Source: Octopus vulgaris
Lineage: Eukaryota
DNA: 64,000 bases
Direction of reading: 5' to 3'
NCBI GenBank assembly: GCA_951406725.2
Contig: OX597834.1
Span: 27,652,001 to 27,716,000, forward strand
Both the position numbers and the translations under genes were made by a program. The notes under the pieces were generated by a model. It was not told the DNA's origin. It did no database searches and worked only from the letters and a program-made list of their open reading frames with translations. Below, piece by piece: positions 39,254 through 53,899 of the stretch. Each line of letters starts with the position of its first letter. Position 1 is the first letter of the stretch.

Positions 39254-39979
39254 CATATATATATATATATACACATATGTATACATATATACATATATAT
39301 ATATTATTAATTGCGCAGTGGATTTGAAAAATATAATATGTAAGCACGATGCATGTACTGTATTGCCTCGTATTTATATGTTAATCTTGGCGCTCCTGCT
39401 GATGATACCTTCGCCTGGCAAATTACTTTATTTGATAAATAGAGTTTCACTATTATGACTTTATCAAAGGCGTTTTCTCATCTGTTCCAGATCTGTCACA
39501 TTCGCAAACTAGTTGCCTCATATTCACAGGCTAGTTTCTGTCTGTAATAGACCTGGGGCAAACGCGTGCAAGTTATTGATGAGGTCGGAAATAAATGATG
39601 AAGAAAAAACTCTGATAAGCAATCTAATTGATGGACTGATTATTCAAGCAATCAATTAGTGAACTAGTTAATTAGATAAATAATTCACTTATAATAGTAA
39701 AAGTCCCCAAATATAACCAATGAGTGTGTTTCTATTGGCAAAATTGCCCTCCCAATGTATTTTTCCCGATTCATTTCCGATTGCTGCCACTCCACCATCA
39801 TTTTATATACGTCTTATCTGATAGTTGATTGACTAATACTAAAACGGCCCCTCAGGAGACCTCTCTTTTCCTATTTTCCCGCAAAATGAAAACATAGTGA
39901 GATTATACTTACGTTTAAATAGCGACGGACTTCTTGTATGATTTAAAATTTAATCCAGTGCATGTGATTCACATGGATC

Positions 39980-40111
39980 CCAGCACTCAGCTGGTACTTA
40001 ATTTATCGACCCAGAAAGGATGAAAGGTAAAGTCGACCTCGGCGTAATTTGAACTCAGAACGTCAAGGCGGACGAAGTAATACCGCTAACGATTCTGCCG
40101 GCTCGCCTCCT
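39980..40111 (-). mobile_element. SINE B/B' fragment
   Basis: ctggtacttaatttatcgacc...ctaacgattctgccggctcgcc. Confidence 0.8.
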
Positions 40112-40199
40112 TAGTAATAGTAATAATAATGATAATGATAATAATAATAAAAATAATAATGATAATGATAATAATAATAAAAATAATAATAATAAAAAA

Positions 40200-41084
<885 letters not shown>

Positions 41085-41085
<1 letters not shown>

Positions 41086-41268
41086 CCTTCATACTATAGG
41101 CACAACGTCTTAAATTTGCGGGGGTGGGGACTAGTCGATTACATCAGCCCCAGTGTTTAACTGGCACTTAAATTATCGACCTCGGCGGAATTTGAACTCA
41201 GAACGTAGCGGGCGAAATACTGCTAAGCGTTTTGCCTGGAATGCTAACGATTCTGCCAGCTCGCTGCC

Positions 41269-41270
<2 letters not shown>
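41085..41270 (-). mobile_element. SINE B' between (TAA)n tracts
   Basis: Head aaggcagcgagctggcagaatcg and B' tail gtgcctatagtatgaaggattatt. Confidence 0.85.
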
Positions 41271-41316
<46 letters not shown>

Positions 41317-41324
41317 TTATAATA

Positions 41325-41361
<37 letters not shown>

Positions 41362-41983
41362 TAACAACGCTTACACTCCATTGTGCCATTGTCATATTGG
41401 TCTCTATATAATTCCATGGCAATTGTCAGTCCTTTATTATATTATTAATATTATTATCATTATTATAATCATCATCATTATCATCATGATCATCGTCATC
41501 ACCATCATCACCATCACCGTTGCGCAGTTGTTTTTCGCATAAAAGCTGGTTTTTATTCTGCTATTTTTGTTCCTTTGGTTCCTACATCATGTCAAAAGAG
41601 ACAAATGGTTTCTTCAAACACAACCGCTAAAGACAAAAGCCCTTTAGGACACATTTTCTCGATTCCACAACTCCCATCCAAACAAGGGGTCCTTATTGAT
41701 ATAAACCCGTGATGCCTTCTTTACAAAGCGTTAAGAATTATCGAATTGATAGCTGATAACTTTTACTTTAATAATTTTGATTTTAATTTTTCAAATCTTA
41801 TAATTAGCCATTTTTCCTTTTTTTGTATTATTTTATTGTTTGGCTTATTTTTGTTTAAAATATCTATTTGTTGTTTGTATTTTGGCGTGGTGGTGGTGGT
41901 GGTGATGGTGGTGGTAGTGGTATTTTCTTTATTTGATGCTGTTGTTGCGGTAAACTATATACAAATTATACATTTGCAATATA

Positions 41984-42069
<86 letters not shown>

Positions 42070-42223
42070 TATATACATATGTGTGTGTGTGTGTTTGTGT
42101 ATGTGTGTGTGTATGTATGTATGTATGTATGTATGCATCTTTGTATGTGTCCATACGTATATATATCTGTGTCCTAGTGACAATTTAGCAGTAAACATCA
42201 ATAATTATAAAAACATAATAATG

Positions 42224-42296
<73 letters not shown>

Positions 42297-42654
42297 CAAT
42301 AACGACAACAGTGAATAATAATGAAAGTAATAACAATACGAATCATTATGCCACTGATTATATTTACAATTATAAATTTGGAATAATTAAATTAACTGCA
42401 GGTAACATCTTTCTGAGATATAAAAGTTGTCGAAATGTTTTGTGGAATCTTATCATCGTAACACCTCTCACCTCATCTCGCCACTTATGCTACACACCCC
42501 TCTTCCCTTCCCTCCTTTTTCATTCACCACCTCTTGCCTCTCCCTCTCTCGTTCTCTTCACCTTTGCTCTCCCAAACCGCTTTCGAATATTCTTCATCTC
42601 TTTCAGACTCGTGTCTTTGGATTTTAGGAATGCTTTGTGTTCGCGTATTCTTTA

Positions 42655-42765
42655 GTTCTTTCTCTCGTTCTTCCTTTTCTTTCTTCCTTTCTTTCATTGC
42701 TTCTTTCCTTTCTTCCTCCTTTATTTCATTATTTCTTTATTCTTTTTCTTTACTTTTTACCATTT

Positions 42766-42799
<34 letters not shown>

Positions 42800-43050
42800 T
42801 TTTCTCCTTTCCTTTTCTTTTATTCTTTCGTTTTTCTTTCCTTTCATTTTTTTCTTCCTTCATTTCTTTCTTTACTTTCCTTCTTTCTTTTCCCTTTATA
42901 TCCTCCTCCTCTTTTCCCCGTCTTCGTTCTCTCTTTTATTTTCCTTTCCTTCCTTTCTGCCTTTATTTCATTTTTCGTTTTCTTTGTTTTCTTTCTTCCT
43001 TCATTTCTAACCCCACCTCTCTCTCTCTCTCTCTCTTCCTTCCTTTTTCT
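42655..43050. repeat. Low-complexity polypyrimidine tract
   Basis: Direct reading. Confidence 0.9.
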
Positions 43051-43519
43051 CTATATCATTATTTATTAATCTATTATATATTTGTTAATTTTCAAATTCC
43101 CAACCTTCCTTATTCATTGGTAACATCATCCTAATATTGATTATTATCAATAGGTAGAGATAGTAGGATCAATGTTTTAATTCCAGGCATTTTCGTATTT
43201 ATATGCCAAATGTATTTTCTTTCATTTTTGTTTGTTTAAATATCGACACTATCACCATACAAATACTGATAATAGCAAGAATGTGTCATCTTACCGCCAT
43301 TTTTTTTTATGAAAAAAACATTATTATTTCTATTTTATTCTTTTGTAATTTCATTTTAATTTTTTTTTTTCTCGTAAAAGACTATGAAAATTCCTGTTTT
43401 TCTCTTCTAAAACAAAGAATTACTGTCCCCGACACCCACTTACAACACAAGCAATAAACATAAATAAATAAATAAAACTCAGAAAAATCCATCTTAAACA
43501 AAATAAAAAGTGATGATAT

Positions 43520-43559
<40 letters not shown>

Positions 43560-44194
43560 GACGATGAAACTGAGTAAATATAACAAGGGTCTCTTCATTT
43601 TTAATAAGATCTAATAGAAATTAATAATAATAAATAATTAATACATTAAAGAAGAAGAAGAAGAAGAAGAAGAAGAAGAAGAAGAAGAAGAAGAAGAAGA
43701 TCAACATCAACGATTACAACAATAACGACAACAACAACAACAACAACAACAACAACGGCAATAACAACAATATGATATGACAATAGAGTCGATACCAAAG
43801 CGATTGCGAAATATGTGATGATAATAATGATGATGATGACGACGACAACGACGACGACGATGAAGACCATAACCAAGAAGAAGAAGAAGAAGAAGAAGAA
43901 GAAGAAGAAGAAGAAGAAGAAGAAGAAGAAGAAGGTTGTGTTATCAATCACGACGGAATTCATGAGTATAGAAACTATTGATACATAAACCAATCAAAGT
44001 GATATTTAAATCCCAATAACAACAACAACAACAACAATAGCAAATACAATAACAACAATTATTGTTGTCGTTGTTGATATTATTTACGTTATTGTTGTTG
44101 ACATTGTTGTTGTTTTTTTGGTATTGTTGATGTTGTTGTTGTTGTTGCCGTTGTTGATATTGTTTACGCTATTGCTGTTTTGTTTCATTTGCGG

Positions 44195-45005
44195 TGTTCC
44201 AGTGATTTCAAGTACCAAGAAGCTGGGTGCTTTACTAATTGTGTTATTTATGATCAGCAATGGTAAATGAAGGAAACCAAAATCTAAGTATTAAGATTCT
44301 GTTAAATTCGTAATATTTCCGTTCTGAAAGAGTTTTAAGGGAATGTCTTTCTAATGGTGTGGACAGTACGCATGAGAACTACCGTTTGTAGTTCTGATAC
44401 CTTGGAGTTACCTGGCGAGCTGGCAGAAACGTTAGCACGCCGGGCGAAATGCTTAGCGGTATTTCGTCTGCGTTACGTTGTGAGTTCAAATTCCGCCGAG
44501 GTCGACTTTGCCTTTCATCCTTTCGGGGTCGATAAATTAAGTACCAGTTACGCACTGGGGTCGATGTAATCGACTTAATACCTATGTTTGTCCTTGTTTG
44601 TTCTCTCTGTGTTTAGCCCTTGTGGGTAATAAAGAAATAGGTATTTCGTCTGCGTTACGTTGTGAGTTCAAATTCCGCCGAGGTCGACTTTGCCTTTCAT
44701 CCTTTCGGGGTCGATAAATTAAGTACCAGTTACGCACTGGGGTCGATGTAATCGACTTAATACCTACGTATGTCCTTGTTTGTCCCCTCTGTGTTTAGCC
44801 CCTTGTGGTTAATAAAGAAATATGTATTTGACCATAGTACCTAAGAGCATTTTTAAGCATTGCACCCAAAGCTCTGATGGTCACAATTGCAGTTGCTGTT
44901 CTTCGAAGTTACAGCTTTGGGACTTCGATTTCTAGGTACTTATATTTACTGAACATTTTAAATGATTTTACATAAGAGTTGCAGTCTGGTGTGATTGACA
45001 TATCT
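44195..45005 (-). mobile_element. Old R4/Dong-like 3' fragment interrupted by the SINE B dimer
   Basis: Minus strand DMSITPD...FSKYKYLEIEV...IRALGAM...LQTVVLMRTVHTIRK, parallel to the C-terminus at 40660-40925. Confidence 0.6.
44414..44822 (+). mobile_element. SINE family B dimer
   Basis: Junction gaaataggtatttc at 44634-44647. Confidence 0.93.
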
Positions 45006-45593
45006 TATTTCTTTACTGCCCACAAGGGGCTACACACAGAGGGGACAAACGGATTAAGTCGATTATATCGACCCCAGAGCGTAACTGGTACTTATTTAAT
45101 CGACCCCGAAAGGATGAAAGGCAAAGTCGACCTCGGCGGAATTAGAACTCAGAACATAACGGCAGACGAAATAGCTATTTCTTTACTACCCACAAGGGGC
45201 TACACACAGAGGGGACAAACAAGGATAGACAAACGGATTAAGTCGATTATATCGACCCCAGTGCGTAGCTGGTACTTATTTAATCGACCCCGAAAGGATG
45301 AAAAGCAAAGTCGACCTCGACGGAATTTGAACTCAAAACATAGCAGCAGACGAAATACCTATTTCTTTACTACCCACAAGGGGCTACACACAGAGGGGAC
45401 AAACAAGGATAGACAAACGGATTAAGTCGATTATATCGACCCCAGTGCGTAGCTGGTACTTATTTAATCGACCCCGAAAGGATGAAAAGCAAAGTCGACC
45501 TCGACGGAATTTGAACTCAAAACATAGCAGCAGACGAAATACCTATTTCTTTACTACCCACAAGGGGTAAACGCAGAGAGGACAAACAAGGAC
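45006..45593 (-). mobile_element. SINE family B head-less multimer (three units plus a 3' stub)
   Basis: Junctions at 45168, 45352 and 45536 (184 bp period); no tRNA head present. Confidence 0.93.
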
Positions 45594-45608
45594 ATCATCA
45601 CCACCACC

Positions 45609-45646
<38 letters not shown>

Positions 45647-46179
45647 TATCATCATCATCATTGCTAACCATAATAATAGTATTTTGATAATTGAGAGAAA
45701 AACAATAAACTGAATGAAATTCAAAAGGCTGCTGGATGGATGGTTGGATGGATGGATGGATGAATGGATGGATGGATGGATGGATGGATGGGTGAATAGA
45801 TGGATAGAGTGTATGAATGGATAGATGGATAAATGCGGGTGAGTTATGAGGGTGCGTGTGTTTAAAAGTGAAGGAATCGAATAAGCTGGAGGTGGTGGGC
45901 GTATAGATGCAGATGATGGTGCATGGCAGAGAGAGAGATAGAGAGGGAGTGGAAAAGAAAGAGTGAGAGAGAGAGGGGTGTCGAAGGAAGATTTCAATGT
46001 ACCAATATCCTTTTGTGCTGAAGAGAAGACAAAAAATAAAATATTATATATAGTATTCCGTTGATTTAGTATTTAAGGAATTTGACAAAATTCAAAAATA
46101 AAATAAAATATAAGACAAAAACAAGAAAAAAATGTGAATTAAACGAAAAAAAAATAACAAAAAACAAAGACGATTTGTA

Positions 46180-46700
46180 TTCTTCATATTTCGCCATAAG
46201 CTGTTTCACTGTTTTGGTATCGCAGTAGAATATGGTACTGGCTTATAACTGTCGCTTGATTGTGTTATAATAATCACGGAAAAACCGGAAGTCACCGTCG
46301 ACCTCACCGGAAGGTTTTTTATTAAAAATTTTATTTATTTATTTGTCTATATATTTATTTGTTTTGTTCAACACACTAACTTGTAATAAGAGAACTTTTC
46401 TCACAAAAGTAAGTCACAATCGCTTGCGCGTTTTCGTTAGCATCAGTTTTGTCAAAATATTTGATGACACGAATAACCAAAGGTAAGTTTTAAGTTCTTT
46501 TCCAAACCAATCCTGTTTTATATAAAAGAAGGACTATTCGTGATTGCTTTTTGTACTGCAGCTACGAATAGCTTTGCTCCAGTTGCAAAAGCATCGAGCG
46601 CGTCTTTCTACCGCGACGGCAGACACGATTTTCTGCCGGTGGTTTTGTGAACGCTTTCAAAAGAGCGCTCCTCCGCCATTTTGATTCAGAGATTACCAGA
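46180..46700. promoter_or_regulatory. Candidate promoter/first-exon island
   Basis: Repeat-free and locally CpG-rich; ETS-type ACCGGAAGT (46284) and ACCGGAAGG (46306), YY1-type CCGCCATTTT (46673), donor-like AAG/GTAAGT (46483). Confidence 0.4.
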
Positions 46701-47429
46701 AGCAGGGAAACAAAAAGCTATGCTCGATTTTTCCAGTGTTCTGCACTGGTTCTCCTTTCAGATAAATTTTCAAATTCACCTATCCCACACCCTAACACAC
46801 CTACTATTGATGCTACCATTATATTTTATTTTCGTTTGAAATATCTTTCAATAAAGTAACGCATGTAATTTCAAATTGTGCTGTTGTATTCTTCGTTTGA
46901 CTTTTATTACTATCAAAACTCCTTTTAAATTAAAAGAAAATTTTTCTTCCTGACACATTTTCTTGTTTATTGTCTTTTATTTGTGTTGTTTTGTTTGTGT
47001 ATTTGTTATCCTAACACAAATATTTCACAGAGAATATTTCATATATTCCTTCTATCTCTCATTAAAAATTTATCTGTTTATTTTTCAAATAAATGATATG
47101 CATATACATACATGTACACACACACACATATATATATATATATACACATATACATGTACATACCTACATCTTTGTGTGTGTATGTGGGTGTGTACGTGCC
47201 GACATGCACAGATATAAGCATGCATGTATACATGTACATCTTTACATACATGCATACGTATGTTTTTTTTTTACGTTTAAATCTATTATATTTGTTTATT
47301 GCTTGTAATTCTTTTATTTTATATTATTATACACAATTCATTATACACAATTCATTATACACAATTCATTATCTCCCACCGCCGCATCTTCACTCCCTCC
47401 ATCACATCTCACCCTCACTCACCCATATC

Positions 47430-47838
47430 TCTCTCTTTTACTCTTTTACTTGTTTCAGTCATTTGACTGTGGCCATGCTGGAGCACCGCCTTTAGTCGAG
47501 CAAATCGACCCCAGGACTTATTCTTTGTAAGCTTAGTACTTATTCTATCGGTCTCTTTTGCCGAACCGCTAAGTTACGGTGACGTAAACACACCAGCATC
47601 AAGTGATGTTGGGGGGACAAATACAGACACACAAACATATAGACACACATATGTATATATATATACATATATACGACGGGCTTCTTTCAGTTTCCGTCTA
47701 CCAAATCCACTCATAAAGCTTTGGTCGGCCCGAGGCTATAGTAGAAGACACTTGCCCAAGGTGCCACGCAGTGGGACTGAACCCGGAACCATGTGGTTAG
47801 TAAACAAGCTACTTACCACACAGCCACTCCTACGCCTA
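47430..47838 (-). mobile_element. SINE family A, full length
   Basis: Matches the family A copies. Confidence 0.93.
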
Positions 47839-48159
47839 TTAACATTAATTTATCTATTCACATATATAGCGATATCTCCTTATTTCGAAACGTCTTAGAG
47901 ATTCTTCTTTGGTAAAAAGATTCAAAGAAAAATACAAACAGAAAGATCTAGTAAATGTGGACACAAATTCCAATATTAACGCTACAACTAATTCAAACAG
48001 TACCCACAACAACAGCAACAACAACAATTACTAGAATAATAATAATAATGATCCTTTTTATTATGGTCACAAGGTCACAATAATAATAATGGTAATAATG
48101 GTAATAATAAAAATAAAAATAATAATAATGATAATAATGATGATGATAACAATGATAAT

Positions 48160-48407
48160 AACAGGAAGGGTTAAGCAGTTGTGGTGGATGAAAAAGGTGG
48201 TAGTAGTACCAATAATTGTCGAAGCCCTGGGGACAGTGAGTAAATATCTTGAGAAGTACATGGAACAAATAGGGGCTGCAATAAGGGTGGAGCACTGGCA
48301 GAAATACTCCGGAGTGTTCTCGAAAAATAAGATGTGTTACCTTAGTTCACTTGTAGTGAACAGCTGACACTGTAGTACATCTCCAGCGTTAGAAGCTGTG
48401 CAAAGGC

Positions 48408-48408
<1 letters not shown>
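48160..48408 (+). mobile_element. R4/Dong-like 3' end (second family) inside (TAA)n
   Basis: KQLWWMKKVVVVPIIVEALGTVSKYLEKY followed by a 3'UTR and (TAA)n. Confidence 0.75.
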
Positions 48409-48469
<61 letters not shown>

Positions 48470-48472
<3 letters not shown>

Positions 48473-48552
48473 AAACCACAGAACATACCCAAGGCACATA
48501 GAGCTGCACTTGGTAGTGCAGTGAAATAACGTGATAAAGATAAGACTACTGG
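48470..48552 (+). mobile_element. 3'UTR-only copy of the 40301 Dong-like family
   Basis: catacccaaggcaca(t/c)agagctgc...ggtagtg...actactg matches about 40945-41025. Confidence 0.8.
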
Positions 48553-48594
48553 ACAACAACAACAACAACAACAACAACAATAACAATAATAATA

Positions 48595-49052
48595 GGGCTA
48601 CAGCAAATATTCTGCTCAATACCACAGATTTACTTGTGAGTTGTTTGACCATAACCAGTTGAGCATGTCCATTAGTGGCTGACGATATGTGCATCTCTGA
48701 TCATGAGCAGAAGTAGTGTGGGAGCATCATAGCCGTGTGTTGAGAGGAATTCTTTGGGGTTTGAATAATTCACCTCTGGAAACATGGGTGTTTCGTTCAA
48801 CATCCTTAAACAACCCTTATTCAGGAACCTTTTGAGGGGGATGGGCTACTCGACCAGAAGAAAATTCTAACTGGGCCCCACCTACAAAGTCATGTGCTGT
48901 TTATCTCGATATGAGACCACCATGTCGTGCACATATGGTTGTGATGCATGGGCCTGGTGTACACTTATCAGACGGGTAGTTATGATGGGTATACCGAGCT
49001 TCGTATGTTTTACCCCAGTGTCACTTTGATGGCATGCACTGCTCTCTCACTG
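48595..49052 (+). mobile_element. Family C non-coding element flanked by (TAA)n
   Basis: Reverse-complement homolog of 57340-57760; strand inferred from the shared end and truncation. Confidence 0.8.
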
Positions 49053-49053
49053 A

Positions 49054-49099
<46 letters not shown>

Positions 49100-49299
49100 C
49101 AACAACAACAACAACAACAATATTAAAATCATGTTGATAATGAAAAAAAATCGGGTCTTAGAAAAACCGGAAGTTACTTTCAGCCATAGCAAACAGTCTT
49201 TGCCTAAAGATTTCAAAAGATTTTAATAAATCCTAATAAACACGGAAAAAAAACACGAGAGCACACGTACACACACACACACACACATACACACATAGA

Positions 49300-49343
<44 letters not shown>

Positions 49344-49391
49344 TACTAAAGGCAAGCAAGCAGACATACAGATAGAGAGATGCATACACAC

Positions 49392-49460
<69 letters not shown>

Positions 49461-49770
49461 TGTTTGTATGTATGTGTGTGTATGTGTGTGTGTCTCTATG
49501 TGTATATGTACACCCTTGTCTGTATGTGCGACGGTGGTATATAAACAAATGCAGGTTCAACAGCCAACTGTGGTATGGAGTCACGACCTTTGGCATTACC
49601 AACAGACGCTCGTATACACAGACACCTAACAGATATATTCGCCTGCATACAAAGACACTGACACACTATAAACACTCTTACAAACACACCCTCGTGCATA
49701 CAAACACACATACACACACAATAGTTTCAATAGTGCAACTTAATATGAGCATTGATAGTTTCGTACCGAG

Positions 49771-49891
<121 letters not shown>

Positions 49892-50016
49892 CGTGTGTGT
49901 GTATATAAATGCGTGTATATACATATACATTTATATATACATATATATATATACACTCACACACATACACACATGTAAATTTCCACATATATCACTGCTA
50001 ATGCTTGCACACATCC

Positions 50017-50049
<33 letters not shown>

Positions 50050-50153
50050 TGTATGTATGTATGTATGTATGTATGTATGTATGTATGTTTGTATATATGT
50101 TTGTATGTTTGTATGTATGTATGCATGTATGTATGTGTATATATATATATGTG

Positions 50154-50225
<72 letters not shown>

Positions 50226-50914
50226 GACACAGACACAGAGACACATACACTTATATAAATTCACTCATACATGCACGTAAACATCACAGAAGAATACATT
50301 TTCATGCAGCGCTGTAGGAGAATAGGAAACATGTAACGATGCCGATTTTCTAACCTACATACGAAGTACATCACGAGTTTCCTTCAAATACACACATACT
50401 GATACAAACACACACAAACGCACACACACACACATGCGCTGATATACATATGTGTTTGTCTGTGAGCATTTGTGTGTGTTTGTATCTTTCAGCCACTACA
50501 GTTAGTCCAACAATATTTGTTCTGTTTCGTGCGCCAAAAATTAGCGACACACACAGCCGAAACATGACGTATTTTGTTGGACACACTCTTACGGGTTACG
50601 TGTGATAATACTCAGATTTCAGTCTATGTGTGACTTGGCGACGTTCCTTTGAATTCGATGTGAGTATGTGTGTGTGTCTGTATTTGTTTGCATTTGTATG
50701 TATAATTGTGAGTGTGTGTCTATATACGTACATATGTACGTATGTATGTGCGTATGTATGTATGTATGTATGTATGTATGTATGTATGTATGTATGTATG
50801 TATGTATGTATGTATGTATGTATGTATGTATGTATGTATGTGTGTATGTATGTATGTATGTATGTGCGTATGTATGTATGTATGTATGTATGTCATTATT
50901 CAGTTTAAATTTCA

Positions 50915-51740
50915 AGATTTTTACATTTCCAGTGATGGCTTGTATCTGTAGTCTTCGAATCAGCTTTCTCGTTTCTGGAAAATTTTACAGATTTTTACAT
51001 TTCCTGTAATGGTTTGGATCTGTAGTCTTCGAATCAGCTTTCTTGTTTCTGGTTTTGAGAAGCCTCGTTTTTCAAGATTGGCATTTAGGCAGTGTGTCAC
51101 ATATCCCAGTGCTCCAATAATTAGCGGTATAAACCTGAACTTGTAATCTGGATAGAGTAACGGCAGATTTCTCAATAGTTCAGCATAGGTGTTCTCTTTT
51201 TCACTGATCTTCAGCTTTATGTTAACATCCACTAGGCAGCTAATTTTCACAACTGTGCACAGTTTCTCTTCTCTATCCTAAATCATTATATCTGGTCTAT
51301 TGTGTTTTCATTTTATTGCTGTTTTCATTGGGATTTTCTACCAATACTCCTTTTTTATTATGAGCGGCTATGGCTTCTACCATACTGTGAGGTCTTATTT
51401 CTTTGTCCTCGGGGTTATCCTTTCGATGGATCTCTTTATACAGCGTCCTAGATACAAAACCATGTCTCTTCGGGAAGTAATACTGTGATGACATTTTTGG
51501 ACAACTACCTACGATGTGGGTGAAACCTTCAGTGTTAACTACACAAAGTCTGCATCGGTTGTCACATCTTACTGCTTTTCCTGCATCTCTGTCCCTTTTG
51601 TGCATCAGGTACTTGGTTGACATTTCCTGTTCTTCGATCGCAAAACGCATTCACTTCAAAGTGGGAGGCAGTAATCTGGTTGTTGGTCCATGAGAGACTG
51701 CTTTGGTGATCAATTTTACTATCATCTCTGAGCTTTCTAC
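50915..51740 (-). mobile_element. R4/Dong-like LINE 3' fragment (third family), pseudogenised
   Basis: AIEEQEMSTKY...CRLCVVNTEGFTHIVGSC...KRH...HNRPDI...FIPLIIGALG; ~70 bp tandem duplication at the 3' end. Confidence 0.85.
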
Positions 51741-51904
51741 TAACAGACACACACACACATATGTGTGTGTGTGTACATATGACTATGAATATGTGCGTAT
51801 GAATGTATACTCATGTACATATACACCCGATATACATGCATACATGCAGACGTATATATCTATTTATCTGTCTGTCTGTCTGTCTCTGTCTGTCTGTTTG
51901 TCTG

Positions 51905-51991
<87 letters not shown>

Positions 51992-52109
51992 CTTTCAGTG
52001 TATATATATATACATATACATATATATATATATTATATATATATATACAGAGAGAGAGAGAGAGTGAGAGAGAGAGAAAGATGTATGTGTGTGTGTGTTG
52101 TGTATCTTT

Positions 52110-52285
52110 TATCTTTTATTTGTTTTAGTCATTAGATTGTGGGCATGCTGAGGCACCGCCATGAAGAATTTTTAGTCGAATGTATCTTATCGTACATATG
52201 CTGTCAGTCTCTTATGCCGAACCGCTTAGTTACGGGGACGTAAACACACCAGAATCGTTTCTCAAGCAGTAGAGGGTGACAAACA
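52110..52285 (-). mobile_element. Old SINE A 3' fragment
   Basis: gccgaaccgcttagttacggggacgtaaacacacc. Confidence 0.75.
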
Positions 52286-52485
52286 ACGACACGCAAACTT
52301 ACACACACACGCACATGCACATAGGCACTCACACACTGTCACACTTGCACCGCAGTGCATAGGGATTCACGGAAAAAATTGTCACGGATAACACGCGCGC
52401 GCAAACACATACAGACACTGACACACAGACAATTTCTCTCTCTTTCTATTTCTAATTCTCTCTCTCTCTCTCTCTCTCACTCTCG

Positions 52486-52529
<44 letters not shown>

Positions 52530-52625
52530 GACGCACACATGCACACAAAACGCACGCACGCACACACACTCTCACAGAAACACGGAAACTGAAACATTTA
52601 AATAATCATATTGATATAGCATTCG

Positions 52626-52711
<86 letters not shown>

Positions 52712-52733
52712 ATGTATGTATGTATATATATAT

Positions 52734-52765
<32 letters not shown>

Positions 52766-53203
52766 TGACCTGCGTCCTGCGTATACTGATATACACATAC
52801 GTACATATATACATACATACATACATACATACATACATACATACATACATACATACATACATACATACATACATGCACGCGTCTCGACATAAGCGCAACG
52901 CCAATTATTAGCAACGCACTTAAATGTTCTGCAAATTCTTTAATTCTTTACGAAAGAACTTTTGTTATCTGGCGTGTTTGGTGGAAGAATTTCCCTCAAC
53001 TGCAAGCATCATCGCCATCATCATCATCATCAACAGCAACAGCAGCAGCAGTAGCAGCAGCAGCAGTAGCAGCCATCTCGTTGCCTTCTGCCAAAACTGA
53101 TTCCTCACCAGATACTAAGAAAAAAGAAAGCGCCATATATATATATATATATATCTTATACATATAGATATTTATATATATACATAAACATATACAAACT
53201 TAC

Positions 53204-53275
<72 letters not shown>

Positions 53276-53308
53276 ACATATATATATATATATATATATG
53301 TATGTGTA

Positions 53309-53350
<42 letters not shown>

Positions 53351-53671
53351 TGCACGCAACTTGTCTGGCATATCTTTTGTTTTTTAGTCTCCTTTCTTTA
53401 TAGTCTTCTTTCTGCCCTTCATTGTTTTTTATTTTTCTTGTTCATCATCATCATCATCATCGTCGTCGTCTACATCTCTCATCTTTTTTCTTATTCCTGC
53501 TCTTTCTTCTTCTTCATTATTCTTCTTCTCCTCGCCTTCCTTAATTTCTTTCACCTGCTTCATCTCTTTTGTTTCTTCTTCTTCTTCTTCTTCTTCTTCT
53601 TCTTCTTCTTCTTCTTCTTCTTCTTCTTCTTCTTCTTCTACTTCTTCTTCTTCTTGCGAAGAAGTGTGGAA

Positions 53672-53790
53672 CTACGTGACTTAATTGTTAAGGTATTGGA
53701 CTCCCGATTGTAAGATTGTTGTTTCGGTTCCTGGACTGGGTGCCGCGTTGTATTCTTCAGCAAAACACTTAATTTCACTTGTCAAAAATG
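53672..53790 (+). mobile_element. Old tRNA/CORE-type SINE head
   Basis: gtgacttaattgttaagg...tttcggttcctgg...ttgtattcttcagcaaaacacttaatttcac. Confidence 0.55.
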
Positions 53791-53899
53791 AAACCGGGAA
53801 ACAGGCCCTTCTAAGTCGGCATGATTTGAGAAAGTAATATGAGTGGTTAAATGTTGCGATGCTGAATGAAAGACAGATGAAAACCATGCAGCTTCAGAA

